DNA of 64,000 nucleotides from an uncultured Prevotella sp. Its GTDB lineage: Bacteria; Bacteroidota; Bacteroidia; Bacteroidales; Bacteroidaceae. The notes beneath the pieces were generated by a model that was given only the letters and a program-made list of their open reading frames with translations, was not told the DNA's origin and did not search any database. Below, piece after piece: positions 28,034 to 38,700 of this stretch (positions within the stretch are counted from its first letter, which is position 1; every line of letters starts with the position of its first letter). Made by a program: the position numbers and the translations under genes. The stretch spans positions 127,471-191,470 of the forward strand of contig CALUHC010000035.1 in NCBI GenBank assembly GCA_944320355.1, written 5' to 3'.

Positions 28034-29365
28034 TCAGTATTTCACGCCGTTTACGGTCACATTCTTCACCTTGCAGTCTTTTATAAAAGAGGTGTCGAAG
28101 CCGCCCTTGGGGTCGCTGGCCTTGATGTTCTCGAAGGTGAAGCCGCTGAGGTCGTACTTGTCAGACTGCCGAACCTCGTAGAATATTTGTGAGCATTGCA
28201 CATCGACATTGCGCAGAGTGACGTTGGATACGCCCGAGCGCGGCATATCGGGGCGGTCGAGCAGGTTGTGGAACTGCGTCCAGCTGCCCACGCGTATGCC
28301 CCTCTTGGGCGTTCCCTTGACATTCTCCACGAGCACGTTGGCATACTTCTGCGGTGTGTCGGGGCGCATTTTGAAACGCACTATGCCGCCAGTGCCGGCA
28401 AAAGAGCAGTCGCGCAGAATGATGTTGGAGCAGTCCCAGGCCTCGCTGCCGAACGTAACGCCCGCGCCGGCCACGCCATACTCAACGTCCTCTATGAGGA
28501 TATTGCGGCACGGTCCGTTGGTAGAGTCCTTGTCAACAAACGTTCCCTTGCCTCCCTTCAGGCACACAGCGTCGTCGTTCACGTTGATATAGCCGCCGCG
28601 TATGAGCACGTCGGAGCACGCGTCGAGGTCTATCGCGTCGGTGCTCGGCCCCTTGGGATAGCCAGAGGTGGGCGCGTAGATGTAGCAGTCGAGGTAACGC
28701 ACGCGCGAGCAGCGGTAGAGGTGGTTGGTCCAGAAGCCGCTGTAGACAAGGCGCACGTCCTGCACCGTGACGTTCTTGGAGTCGGAGATGTAAATCATCC
28801 GTGGGCGGAGCGCCTCAAGGTTTGTGCACTTGGGGAACACCTTGCGGCGCAGCCAGAACTCGTCGTAGAACCGGCGGCCGTTGCCGTCGATGGTGCCCCG
28901 GCCGGTGATGGTGAACCCGTCGACCCCGTTGGCGTTGATGAGCGCGGCGAAATAGTTGAGCGTCTGGCCCTCAAGGCGGGTTTTCACTATCTTGTAGTGC
29001 GTTATGGCGTCGCTGCCTTTCAGGCGCGAGCCATCGGCGAGATGCAGGTGGGTGCCGGGCCGGAAGAACAGCGAGCCGGTGAAGAACGTGCCGCGCGGCA
29101 CCACCACCACGCCACCGCCGGCCTCGGCGGCCGTGTCGATGACCTTCTGTATGGCCTCGGTCTGCAGCAGGGTTGAGTCGTTCTTGACACCGTAGTCGGT
29201 TATCACGTACTGACGGCCGAGCGCGCTCACGTCAACCTTGGCGGTGTCTGTGAACCACGACTCCATGGGAGTGCCGTCGGGCCACACCTGCTTTTGATTC
29301 TTGGCATCGGCAACAGTGGCTGCCGCCAGCAACAGGGCGGCCACAATAAATGTGCTTGTCTTCAT
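28034..29365 (-). CDS. Glycoside hydrolase family 28 (polygalacturonase/rhamnogalacturonase-like)
   Basis: QTEAIQ..ID, GTIDGNG, STDAID, NDDAVCLKGG and FGSE motifs; -7 box at 29502-29509. Confidence 0.92.
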   Translation of the reverse strand: MKTSTFIVAALLLAAATVADAKNQKQVWPDGTPMESWFTDTAKVDVSALGRQYVITDYGVKNDSTLLQTEAIQKVIDTAAEAGGGVVVVPRGTFFTGSLFFRPGTHLHLADGSRLKGSDAITHYKIVKTRLEGQTLNYFAALINANGVDGFTITGRGTIDGNGRRFYDEFWLRRKVFPKCTNLEALRPRMIYISDSKNVTVQDVRLVYSGFWTNHLYRCSRVRYLDCYIYAPTSGYPKGPSTDAIDLDACSDVLIRGGYINVNDDAVCLKGGKGTFVDKDSTNGPCRNILIEDVEYGVAGAGVTFGSEAWDCSNIILRDCSFAGTGGIVRFKMRPDTPQKYANVLVENVKGTPKRGIRVGSWTQFHNLLDRPDMPRSGVSNVTLRNVDVQCSQIFYEVRQSDKYDLSGFTFENIKASDPKGGFDTSFIKDCKVKNVTVNGVKY

Positions 29366-29652
29366 TTCTGTTTTAGAGATTTTTGTTTGTATCTTTTAAT
29401 TATTGGCAATCGGGATATTGCTGCACAGGCGCTCCGACAGCCGCGCTGCGTGAGGGCAAGCCAGCGCAGACGACTGTTGCGCCAACACATATTGGCTGTT
29501 GCAAAGGTACGTATTTTTTGCCGCATTGCGGTAAAAGATTTCATAAATATAGACAAAAGCCATTCAGGAAAAAGCCATGCCGAAGCCCGACTGAAACGGC
29601 ATCGGAAGGCAACAGCAAAGCCGACGGGAAACAAGGCCGCAGACATCGCTCT

Positions 29653-29763
29653 GCGATATGGGCCGTTTCGCCCTCCGAAACGGCACGTTTCACCGTCTAA
29701 AACGGGCCGTTTTGCAAGCCGAAACGGCCTGTTTCGCAACCCCACTGATTATCAATGAGTTAC
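29653..29763. repeat. Family A element (reverse orientation, 4 units)
   Basis: Ends in CAACCCCACTGATTATCAATGAGTTAC. Confidence 0.85.
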
Positions 29764-30176
29764 AGAGGCGGTGCGAAATGGCATCGGAAAGCCGCCCGCC
29801 GGCCTCATCTCGCCGCTTGTCTTTTACTCCTCAAAGGTCGAAAACAAACAACAGATTACACGGATTAAGCAGGTATCACGGCACAAACGGAGTTCCCCTC
29901 TCCCCGATCCTCTCCCGTTGTGCGAGGTAGTTGATGGCACCGGCCTGCCGCTTTTTGCGCATCCGCGCATACGCTCTTCACCCTATTGCCTGTCTATTTT
30001 TCTTCGATTTTTAACTTAATAAGATATACAAAGTTTGCCTTTTTTACTAATTTTGCACCGTATCACACTGCGGCGGGAGCCGGAAAGCTCCGCGCCACAC
30101 GCCGTCCGCGAGGACTGCGGCACCGAAAAGGAAGGACAAAAACAGATACAATTGGTAACATAACAAACAAAAAAAC

Positions 30177-31193
30177 ATGAAAAAAGAGACAATCACATCC
30201 ATGCTCCACAAGGGCATGTACATGGCGTGCGCCATGTTTGCAGCCTTCGCAATGGCTGCCTGCAGCGACGATGACGAGAACACCGGCGGAGGAAACGGCG
30301 GCGGAGGAAACGGCGGCACGGACGGCTCGAAGTTCGAAACGCCCAAGTATGAGGCTGAAGCCGCCAAGTTCACCATCGACGACAGCAACAGCCCGTTCTC
30401 ATACGTGGAGCTGACGGCAGCCGGAAACTACATCATCTACACCAACGAATCGCTCGCACCATCTGCGACAACCGCCGAACAGGGCGAGCGCAAGTCTATC
30501 ATGGCAAAGGCAAAGCTGGTGCCCGACACGCGCTACATACACTTCTCGAACATACTCACCGGCTCTTACACCAAGACGAGTGACAACACTTACGCGCTCG
30601 ACGGCTTCGGAACGCTCACCGTATCGCAGGAAGAGGGCAGCTCCTACAGCCTCGACATGGCACGCAACGGCGGCGAGACATACTCGCTGAGCGGCAACAG
30701 GGCCGGCACACCGACCGAGGGAGAGATGACCAGCAACCTCTGCCGCACGTGGAAGATAACGCAGTGGAGAGCCTACTTGCGCTATGACCACGAGACGATG
30801 TACGACTTCTCGGCCCCGACCGTTGACGAACTGAACGCCAAGATAAGGGAATGGGGACAGGAGGTTGACCCGGATTACACCGACGACGACTACCTGATAG
30901 AGTTCAATAACGGGAACGCGCCACAGGAATTGATATTCACCAAGTCGGGCACATACATGGTAACATACGCCGACAGCAAGCTCGCCGTGTCAACATGGCG
31001 CTGGGCTAACCAGACAAAAGGGCTGCTGGAGTACTCGTGGAATCCCTTCTCGTTCGACCCGGAAGAGCTGTATGGCAGGGCCACCATCACTTTCCGCAAC
31101 AACAAACTGGAGATAAACGAAGGCTATAGCGACGAAGAAGACGGCTACTTATTCGAGCAAGGAACGACCTATACGCTGGAAGAGGTGAAGTGA
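30177..31193 (+). CDS. Hypothetical surface lipoprotein
   Basis: Lipobox AMAAC followed by SDDDE (acidic export-signal-like), Gly linker and beta-rich body (LCRTWK). Confidence 0.8.
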   Translation: MKKETITSMLHKGMYMACAMFAAFAMAACSDDDENTGGGNGGGGNGGTDGSKFETPKYEAEAAKFTIDDSNSPFSYVELTAAGNYIIYTNESLAPSATTAEQGERKSIMAKAKLVPDTRYIHFSNILTGSYTKTSDNTYALDGFGTLTVSQEEGSSYSLDMARNGGETYSLSGNRAGTPTEGEMTSNLCRTWKITQWRAYLRYDHETMYDFSAPTVDELNAKIREWGQEVDPDYTDDDYLIEFNNGNAPQELIFTKSGTYMVTYADSKLAVSTWRWANQTKGLLEYSWNPFSFDPEELYGRATITFRNNKLEINEGYSDEEDGYLFEQGTTYTLEEVK

Positions 31194-31204
31194 TTCGCTT
31201 CGAT

Positions 31205-31485
31205 AGGGAATTAAAGAAGTTATAGGAAGTTAGCTCCCTTATGGTCGCAAGAAGTTAAAGGACAAATGCTTTGGCGAATGAAATCTTTAAGAAGTTAAAG
31301 ACTTTAAAGGTGATAAGCACCCTTGCGGTCACAAAAAATAAAGGACAAATGCTTTGATGGATGATGCTGTCAGCCCCTTTTATTTATGGGCATTCAGCCG
31401 TTAGCTTCCATCAAAGCATTTGTCCTTTAACTTCTGAGCGGAGTGAAACGAAGCGATAACTTCCCTTATCTTCCTTAACTTCCAT
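31205..31485. repeat. Three family B units (two direct, one inverted)
   Basis: AAAGGACAAATGCTTTG at about 31257 and 31340; reverse complement at about 31412. Confidence 0.85.
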
Positions 31486-31509
31486 ACAAACTCCGCTCCA
31501 CTCCCGCCG

Positions 31510-33942
31510 TCACTCCACCGGAATCTCCACCTTCACGGCCTTCATTCCCTTGGCCTTGGCGGTGACTTTCACACTGCCCTTGGCGGCCTTTGAGCGCACA
31601 ATGAGCTGCGCGCGGCCCTGATACACAGTGCGGCTGTCGGCCTGCCACGGCTCGTCGCTGAGCATATTGGCGTTGGCCACGCCCGCGTTGGTGCCCTCGC
31701 CCTCCACGCTGAAGTTTATCTTAACGTCGTTCACGGGGCAGAGGTTGCCGTCCTTGTCGAGCACGGAATAGTCGAGATAGGCCAGGTCGAGGCCGTCGGC
31801 ACGCAGCGTGTCGGCATCTACGTTGACCACGAGGCGCGCCGGGCGGCCTGCCGTGCGCAGCACATCGTCGGCCACCTTGCGGCCGTTCTTGTAACCGACG
31901 GCGCGCAACTCGCCCTCCTCATACACCACCGGCCACACCAGCTCGGGCGGAGTGCCGGGCGCGGGCAGCCGTTTGCGCCCCAGGCTGCGGCCGTTGAGCA
32001 GCAGCTCGGCCTCGTCGCAGTTGGTCATAAGCTGCACTTTGAGCGAGTCGCCCGCGCTGTAGTTCCAGTGCTCTTCGAGCTGAAGCCACGTCATCTTGAG
32101 GTCGTTCCACACCAGAGAGCCTTGCCCCGAGGCCGGGCGGGTTATGATCTTGACCATCGGTTCGGGCCAGTAGAAGCTGCGCACGCTGTGCCCCAGCGGC
32201 TTCACGCGGTTGGTGAAATCGACCAGTCCGCGCGTCCAGCCCTTGGAAGGCCAGCCGAACGACTCGCCGATATAGTCGGTGCCGCCCCAGTAGAAGTGGC
32301 CGATGGGATACGAGTGGTCGTAGTTGAAGTAGTCATAGCCGAGGTCTCCCACGGCAAGCTCGCCCGCCATGAACATCAGCTGGGGGTATTTCTTGTGGTC
32401 CTCGTCCCAGAATCGCTCCAGATAATTAGTGCTCACGATGTCCGAATAGAACTCAAACTGATGGGGATCGGCAGCGAGCCACCTTGCCTCATTCTTCTTC
32501 TGGCGCGTGTCTCCATATCGGTTGGGGTACTGGCTGTACGTTATCTTGCGCGAAGGGTCAATCTTTCGCGTGTGGTCCACGAGCATCTTGAGCATGTTTA
32601 CACCCCCGTTGCGGGTCTTGTCTGCCTGAATCTGCTGGTAAACCTCGTTGCCTACGCTCCACAGGAACACCGACGGGTGGTTGCGGTCGCGCTCCATCTG
32701 CGTGCGGATGTCGCGCAGATGGAGATCTCCCATCTTTGCTTTCGGGCCGTAATAGCTGTCCTCCCACTTGTCAAAGAACTCATCCACCACGAGCACGCCG
32801 TGGCGGTCGGCCCACTCGAGCACGTATTTCGGATAGGCGTTGTGCGACAGGCGGATGCCGTTGCAGCCCATACCGGTGACGATGGCGGCCAGACGGCGGT
32901 CCCAGGCGGCGCGGAACGCTGCCGTGCCAAGCGGCCCGAGATCGGTGTGCAGGCACGCGCCGTTGATGTAAACGCGCTTGCCGTTGACCAGCAGGCCGCG
33001 TTCGGGGGTGAACTCTATGTCGCGTATGCCGAAGGAAGTCTCGTAAACATCGGCCGGTTGGGAGGACTGGGAGCGATGGGAGGGCTGGGAGAACTGTGGA
33101 TAACGCCCCTCCATATAAACCCGGCTGACGGCTTTGTAGAGCACGCCGCGGCCTACATCCCACAACTGCGGGGCCTCAACGCTCAGCTCCTGGCGGAAGG
33201 TGAACGTCTCGCCGGCGGCAAACGGCGCCACGGCTTGGCGCGAAGCCACCACCCGTCCCTGCGGGTCAACGATGTCGGTGACCAGGCGGCACAGCACGGA
33301 GTCGCGCCCCTGGTTCTGCACCGAGGTCTCTATGGCCACAAGGGCGCGGCCGGCCGACACCTTGGGTGTGGTGATATAAGTGCCGTAGCGGGCCACGTGC
33401 AGGGGGTCGAGCACGTGGAGCCACACGTCGCGGTTGATGCCTTCGCCGTTGTACCAGCGCGAACTCTTGGTGTAAGTGTTGTCATACGACACGGCCACCA
33501 CGTTGTCGCCGTCGCGCAACATATCGGTGATGTCATACTCAAAGTCAATGTATCCGTTGGGATTACGGCCCCCGCAGTCCACTCCGTTGACGTAAACGCG
33601 GGCATCGCGGTAAACGCCTTCGAACTCGATCACCACGCGCTTGCCCGCCCACTCCTTGTTGTACGCAATGTGGCGGCGATACCATCCGCGCCCCAAAGGC
33701 AGGAAACCGACGCGCGACGAAGCCCCGTCGCCCTTCTTCTGGAACTCGTGGTGCACGGCGGCATCGTGCGGAAGGTCCACCGTCTGCCACCGTCCGTCAT
33801 CATACTCCGGGGCCTGCGCCCCCTCAACAGCCTCACGGATGAACTTCCACCCGAGGTTGATGTTAATCTTCTCGCGCGCCTCGGCCACCACGACGGCGGC
33901 CAGCGCAATCAGCATTGCTAACGCTTTTTTTCTCATATTCAT
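31510..33942 (-). CDS. Glycoside hydrolase family 2
   Basis: VDLPHD, GWYRR, FEGVY, FGIR, IRLSHN, RNHPSVFLWSVGNE and DYIGE motifs. Confidence 0.93.
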   Translation of the reverse strand: MNMRKKALAMLIALAAVVVAEAREKININLGWKFIREAVEGAQAPEYDDGRWQTVDLPHDAAVHHEFQKKGDGASSRVGFLPLGRGWYRRHIAYNKEWAGKRVVIEFEGVYRDARVYVNGVDCGGRNPNGYIDFEYDITDMLRDGDNVVAVSYDNTYTKSSRWYNGEGINRDVWLHVLDPLHVARYGTYITTPKVSAGRALVAIETSVQNQGRDSVLCRLVTDIVDPQGRVVASRQAVAPFAAGETFTFRQELSVEAPQLWDVGRGVLYKAVSRVYMEGRYPQFSQPSHRSQSSQPADVYETSFGIRDIEFTPERGLLVNGKRVYINGACLHTDLGPLGTAAFRAAWDRRLAAIVTGMGCNGIRLSHNAYPKYVLEWADRHGVLVVDEFFDKWEDSYYGPKAKMGDLHLRDIRTQMERDRNHPSVFLWSVGNEVYQQIQADKTRNGGVNMLKMLVDHTRKIDPSRKITYSQYPNRYGDTRQKKNEARWLAADPHQFEFYSDIVSTNYLERFWDEDHKKYPQLMFMAGELAVGDLGYDYFNYDHSYPIGHFYWGGTDYIGESFGWPSKGWTRGLVDFTNRVKPLGHSVRSFYWPEPMVKIITRPASGQGSLVWNDLKMTWLQLEEHWNYSAGDSLKVQLMTNCDEAELLLNGRSLGRKRLPAPGTPPELVWPVVYEEGELRAVGYKNGRKVADDVLRTAGRPARLVVNVDADTLRADGLDLAYLDYSVLDKDGNLCPVNDVKINFSVEGEGTNAGVANANMLSDEPWQADSRTVYQGRAQLIVRSKAAKGSVKVTAKAKGMKAVKVEIPVE

Positions 33943-33996
33943 TAATTATTCCAATGTCTTATAGGCTCCCTTCACGTATGGAAGGCTTCTGAACGC

Positions 33997-34070
33997 AAAG
34001 CATTTGTCCTCTAACTCCTTAGCGAAACGAAGTGAAGCGATAACTCCCTCTAACTCCTTTAACTCCTTAA
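33997..34070. repeat. Family B unit (inverted)
   Basis: CAAAGCATTTGTCCTCTAACTCCTTAGCGAAACGAAGTGAAGCGATAACTCC. Confidence 0.85.
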
Positions 34071-34088
34071 AAAATCCTTTTCTCCCAC

Positions 34089-35156
34089 TCATCTCCCATA
34101 ATTCTCCATGTAAGGACGCTCGGCGTTGGCGGCATCGAGCTGCCCGAAGACCTCGCGGAGCAGCCGTTCCGTACCGAATCCGAGCACTATGCGACCCTCC
34201 ATGCGGCCTGCCTTGCCGGCCCGTAGCGCGCCCTGCGGCGACACGAACTTGGCCCCGTAGCCCGCCACGGCGAGGTTTTGGGTGAGCGTGATGCGCCCGC
34301 CGATGTTCTCCAGGCCCGCGTTTCCGCCGCTTACAGCCACGGCGATGGGCATCGTGCCGCCCGTCACGGCGGCGAGGTCAACGCCCCCTCGGTTGCCGTC
34401 AAAGCGTATGTCGTCCTTGTTGAGGTGCCACAGTGCGCGGTCGTTGAACGCCTTCTTGCCCGGCGTATGGCTGTAAGGGCCTTGCCCGAGCCAGTGGAAC
34501 GTGTCGTATTCGGCGGGCAGCGAGAGCGTGAGACCGTACTCCAGCAGGCTGCCGTCGGCACTGTCTGACGGGCAGACGGCGTAGTCTATGCTCACCGCGC
34601 CGCCTTCCGTCAGGCCGATGCGCACCGTTCCGTTTATGTACTGGTCGCTGCCGGGCTTGCGCTCCCAGCGGCACTCCACGTCATATCCGCCCCCGCTGCG
34701 CTTCACTCCGAGCACCCTCGGCGTGAGGATGTACGGCTGCCAGCCGTAGGGCTTGCCCTTGGTGAGGCACTCGAGGGTGATGGACGGCTTGCGACCCACG
34801 CGCAGCTGCAGCGGCGAGTCGAGCAGAGTGGCGTGCCCCTTGGTCACGGTGAGCCGCCCATCGGCGGTAGCCTTCACCTTTATCTTCTGCCCCTCGGCCT
34901 GCTCCAGCAGCCCGGCGTAGCCGGGCGCGAGCCACTCCGCGGGCACTTCAAGCCCCTCTACGAGCTTGAACCGCCACGTGCCGTCGAGGCTCGTCACCTC
35001 CATACGTTCCCTAACGGGGTATATAGGCTCGGCGTTGACGCGCGTCTCCTCGCCCGCGCCGCGCACGGGCAGCAAGACCGTCAGCGACAGCACGGCGGCC
35101 AGTGCCGCCCGCGCCGCAACGGCTGTCAGTCTCTTTACGTCTCTGGATATCGTCAT
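34089..35156 (-). pseudogene. GH2 beta-galactosidase remnant: N-terminus fused in frame to the C-terminal (Bgal small-chain-like) domain, catalytic barrel missing
   Basis: Signal peptide + SLDGTWRFKL..WLAPGY joins directly to a C-terminal domain (EYGL.L, WLGQGPY..PGK); no NE acid/base motif. Confidence 0.65.
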
Positions 35157-35317
35157 ATTTATAGTTTGTTTGTTATGGTTCCTATCATCGTCCGGACAGC
35201 TCCGGCTGTCGCCTTCGGCCATCCCGCACTGCGTCTTGTCCGCCGCGAGTGCCTCCAAAACAGCCCTTCGGACGGCCATATCCGCGCCTTCGCGCCACCA
35301 TTTCGCACTGTCTGCGC

Positions 35318-35436
35318 AACCACCTGATACTCAACGCGTTGCAAAACGTGCCATTTTGGCTTCCAAAACGGGTCGTTTCAGCGTGCGAAACAGGCCGTTT
35401 CGCGATGCAAAACGGCACGTTTTGCGAAACGGTTTG
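35318..35436. repeat. Family A element
   Basis: AACCACCTGATACTCAACGCGTTG followed by four 22-bp units. Confidence 0.8.
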
Positions 35437-35710
35437 CCTGCCCCAGCTAAACGGTGCCTGCCAGACGGCTATTCCTGTCCGCCAGCAACCATCCGCCTAC
35501 CGCCCCGTTGCGCCGCCGTACAGGCATCCCGCCGGGGCGGCAAAAGTGGCCGTTGCGAGTGCAAAATTAATCATGGCAGGCAGTCAAAAACGTGCCACAA
35601 TCGTACAAAAGTGTCTGTTTTTGTGCGTTTTCAACGCTTTTTTCGCTATCTTTGCATAAGATAAGCTGAGCTCGGGAAGAGGGTACCAATAACGCAAAAC
35701 CGAAAACGAC

Positions 35711-38700
35711 ATGACGAAAAAGATGCTTGCCATAGTGCTGACAGCCGTGATATGGGCTGCCTGCCTTGTGCCCGCCAAGGCGCAAGACGGCAGCGCGTGG
35801 CGCATATCGTCGGCCGACGGGCTGCCGAGCAACATCGTTCACGACATAGCGCAAGACGCGCGCGGGTTTGTGTGGATAGCCACAACAAACGGCGTGTGCC
35901 GCTACGACGGCTTTCACACCGTCAGCCTACAGAACATCAGTTGCACCGACAACGACTACATAGAGGGCAACATATCAAAGGTGACTCCCGATGGCGAGGC
36001 CGGATTGGTGTGGGTTCGCACGTCGGCAAACATAGTGGCGTGCTATGATGTGGCGGCAGAACGCTTCGTCGACTACACCGCGCGCGGCGACCACAATCGG
36101 CCTTACGCCAGGTGGATTGTGGGCGGCGGCGAGGCGTGGCTGTACGGAGCGGGCAACGGCGTGCGCCACGTGACGCGGCGCGACGGGCACTTTCTGTGCA
36201 CCGACTACACAGGCGAGAACGGCCGGCTGCCTGACAACAGCGTGGAGGGCGTGGCGGCCGACGGCGCGGGCAACGTGTGGATAACGACCGGAAAGGGCAC
36301 GGTGGTGATATCGCGCAACGGCAAATGCCAGGCGCCTCTCGGCAGGCGCCGCGTCATAGCGGCAAGGAGCGACGGCAGGAATATGCTCGTGCTCGACGCG
36401 GACGGCACTCTATATGCCTTCGACGGCCGCCTGCGCACCGTGCGGCGGGCCGCCAACGCCCTGCCCGCAGACATCGGAACGGTGAAGGCCGACTGCCTGT
36501 GGAACGGGCGGTGGCTGCTGTTCACCGCCGCCGGAACGCTGGCCTTAGACATCGAGAGCCTGGCCCTGGCGGCACCGCCTGAGCTGCAACTGCGCGGCGC
36601 AACCATCTGCCGCGACAGCACGCCGGGATACATCATCCTGTCGAACACCGGCGGCGAGGTGCTGATACTGCGCCCCGACGGCACCGCCGACAGGCTGCGG
36701 TTGCTCGAACAAAGCCGCACACCGACGCAGCGTGACACGAAGATAAGGGCCGCGGCGGCCAACGGCAAGCTGCACATAGCCACCAACGGCAACGGACTGT
36801 TTGTGTATGACCCTGCCCGGCGCGCCATAACGCGCCACATCACGGTCGACCGCGACCACTCCACAATGTCGAATATGCTGCTGTCGATAGTGGCGGCGGG
36901 CGACGGAACGCTGCTGGTGGGCAACGAGGCGGCTGGCGTGACGTGCATTCCGCCGCCACAACAGATAGCGGCGCGCTATGTGCTGCCCGCCCCCGGGAGC
37001 GACAACGACCTGGCGAACACCGTGAGGATGATAGCCCGGAGACCCGACGGCAGCATGGTTATAAGCACCAAGGACAACGCCCTCCATACCTTTGCCACAC
37101 CGAATATCGGCATAACGCCCGCCGGCAGCACCAAGGCCTGCGCCTTCTCTTACTTCACCGACAGGCGGGGGAGCACGTACATTGGCACGCGGGGCGACGG
37201 ACTGTATGTCGACGGAACACGATACAGCAAGGAAAGCGCCACCCACCACATCGGCTCTAACGACATATTCGACATCACGCAAGACGGGCGCGGACGGCTG
37301 TGGGTGGCCACATGGGAGGGAGGACTGCTCGTGGCAGACGACGGCGACGCCCGTCCGCTGCGCTTCAAGGCCGTGCTCAACCGCTCAGCCGACGAACGGC
37401 GGGTGCGCCGGGTGTGCATAGACGGCAGCGGACGGCTGTGGGCGGCCACCTGCAACGGCCTCTACGTGGCCGACACCAGGCAGCCGGCGATAGACAACAG
37501 CTCGTTCCGGCGGTTCTCAAGGAGCGACGGCTCGCTGCCCGCCACCAACATAATATGCCTCATCGCGGCGCGCGACGGACTGCTGTACATAGGCGGACTG
37601 GGCTGCGGACTGATAAAGGCGCGCCCCGACAAGACCGCCACGCGGCTGGAAGTGGAGCAAATCACAATGGCCGACGGGCTGACCAACAACAACGTGCGCT
37701 CGATAGTGGAAGACCGCTACGGCTGCATCTGGGCCGGAACGGAGGAGGGGCTGTCGCGAATAGACCCGCGCAACAACACCGTTACGAGCTACCGGCTGAG
37801 CAGTATGCAGGCCGCCAACGTGTTCGCTGAGGGGAGTGCCGCCACCACCCCTGACGGAACGCTGGTCTTCGGCACGTTCTACGGCGTGCTCGCCGTGCGG
37901 CCCGAGAGTGTGCACGAAGGCGGCGCGCCGGCCAGAAGGCCTGCCATCACGGCCGTGACGGCAAGCGGACGCACTGCCGTGGAAGGCATCGCGCTAACCA
38001 CCATGGCCCAAAGCGGAAGCCTGTCGCTGCCCCACGACCGCAACACCATCGGCATTTCGTTCTCTAACATGGACTTTGCCAACGCCAAGTCGTCGTTCTT
38101 CATGCACCGCCTCGACGGCGTTGACGAGGACTGGACGCTGACCACCGACAATCCGCACGCGCTATACACCAACCTCACACCCGGCACATACACCTTCCGC
38201 TGCCGCGCCATGACGGCGGGCAGGCCGTGGAGCGGCGACACGGTGCTGACCATAACCATACGCCAGCCATGGTGGAACACGTGGTGGGCGTGGCTGCTCT
38301 ACACGGCCGCCACCGCCGCCCTGGCCGCCTACTTGTACCTGATGTGGCTGCGGGGCTTCAGGCTCAGGCAGCAGATGGCGGCCGAGAGGCAGATGCACGA
38401 GTTCCGTCTGGGCTTCTTCACGCAGGTGGCCCACGAGCTGCGCACGCCCCTCGCGCTCATCAAGGGAGCCGCCGACAAGCTGGCCGACGAGGCCGACCGG
38501 CCACCGTCGCGCACAGCCCTGCAGACGGTGAGGCGCGGCGTGGGCCGCCTGATGCGCCAGGTGAACAGCCTGATGGAGTTCCGCCGCATAAGCACGGGCG
38601 GCATAAGGCTCGCCGTGGAGCACGGAGACGTGGTCAGGTTCGTGCGCGACGTGTTCCAAGACTTCTGGCAAGCAGCCCGCCGCAAGGACCTGTCGTACAC

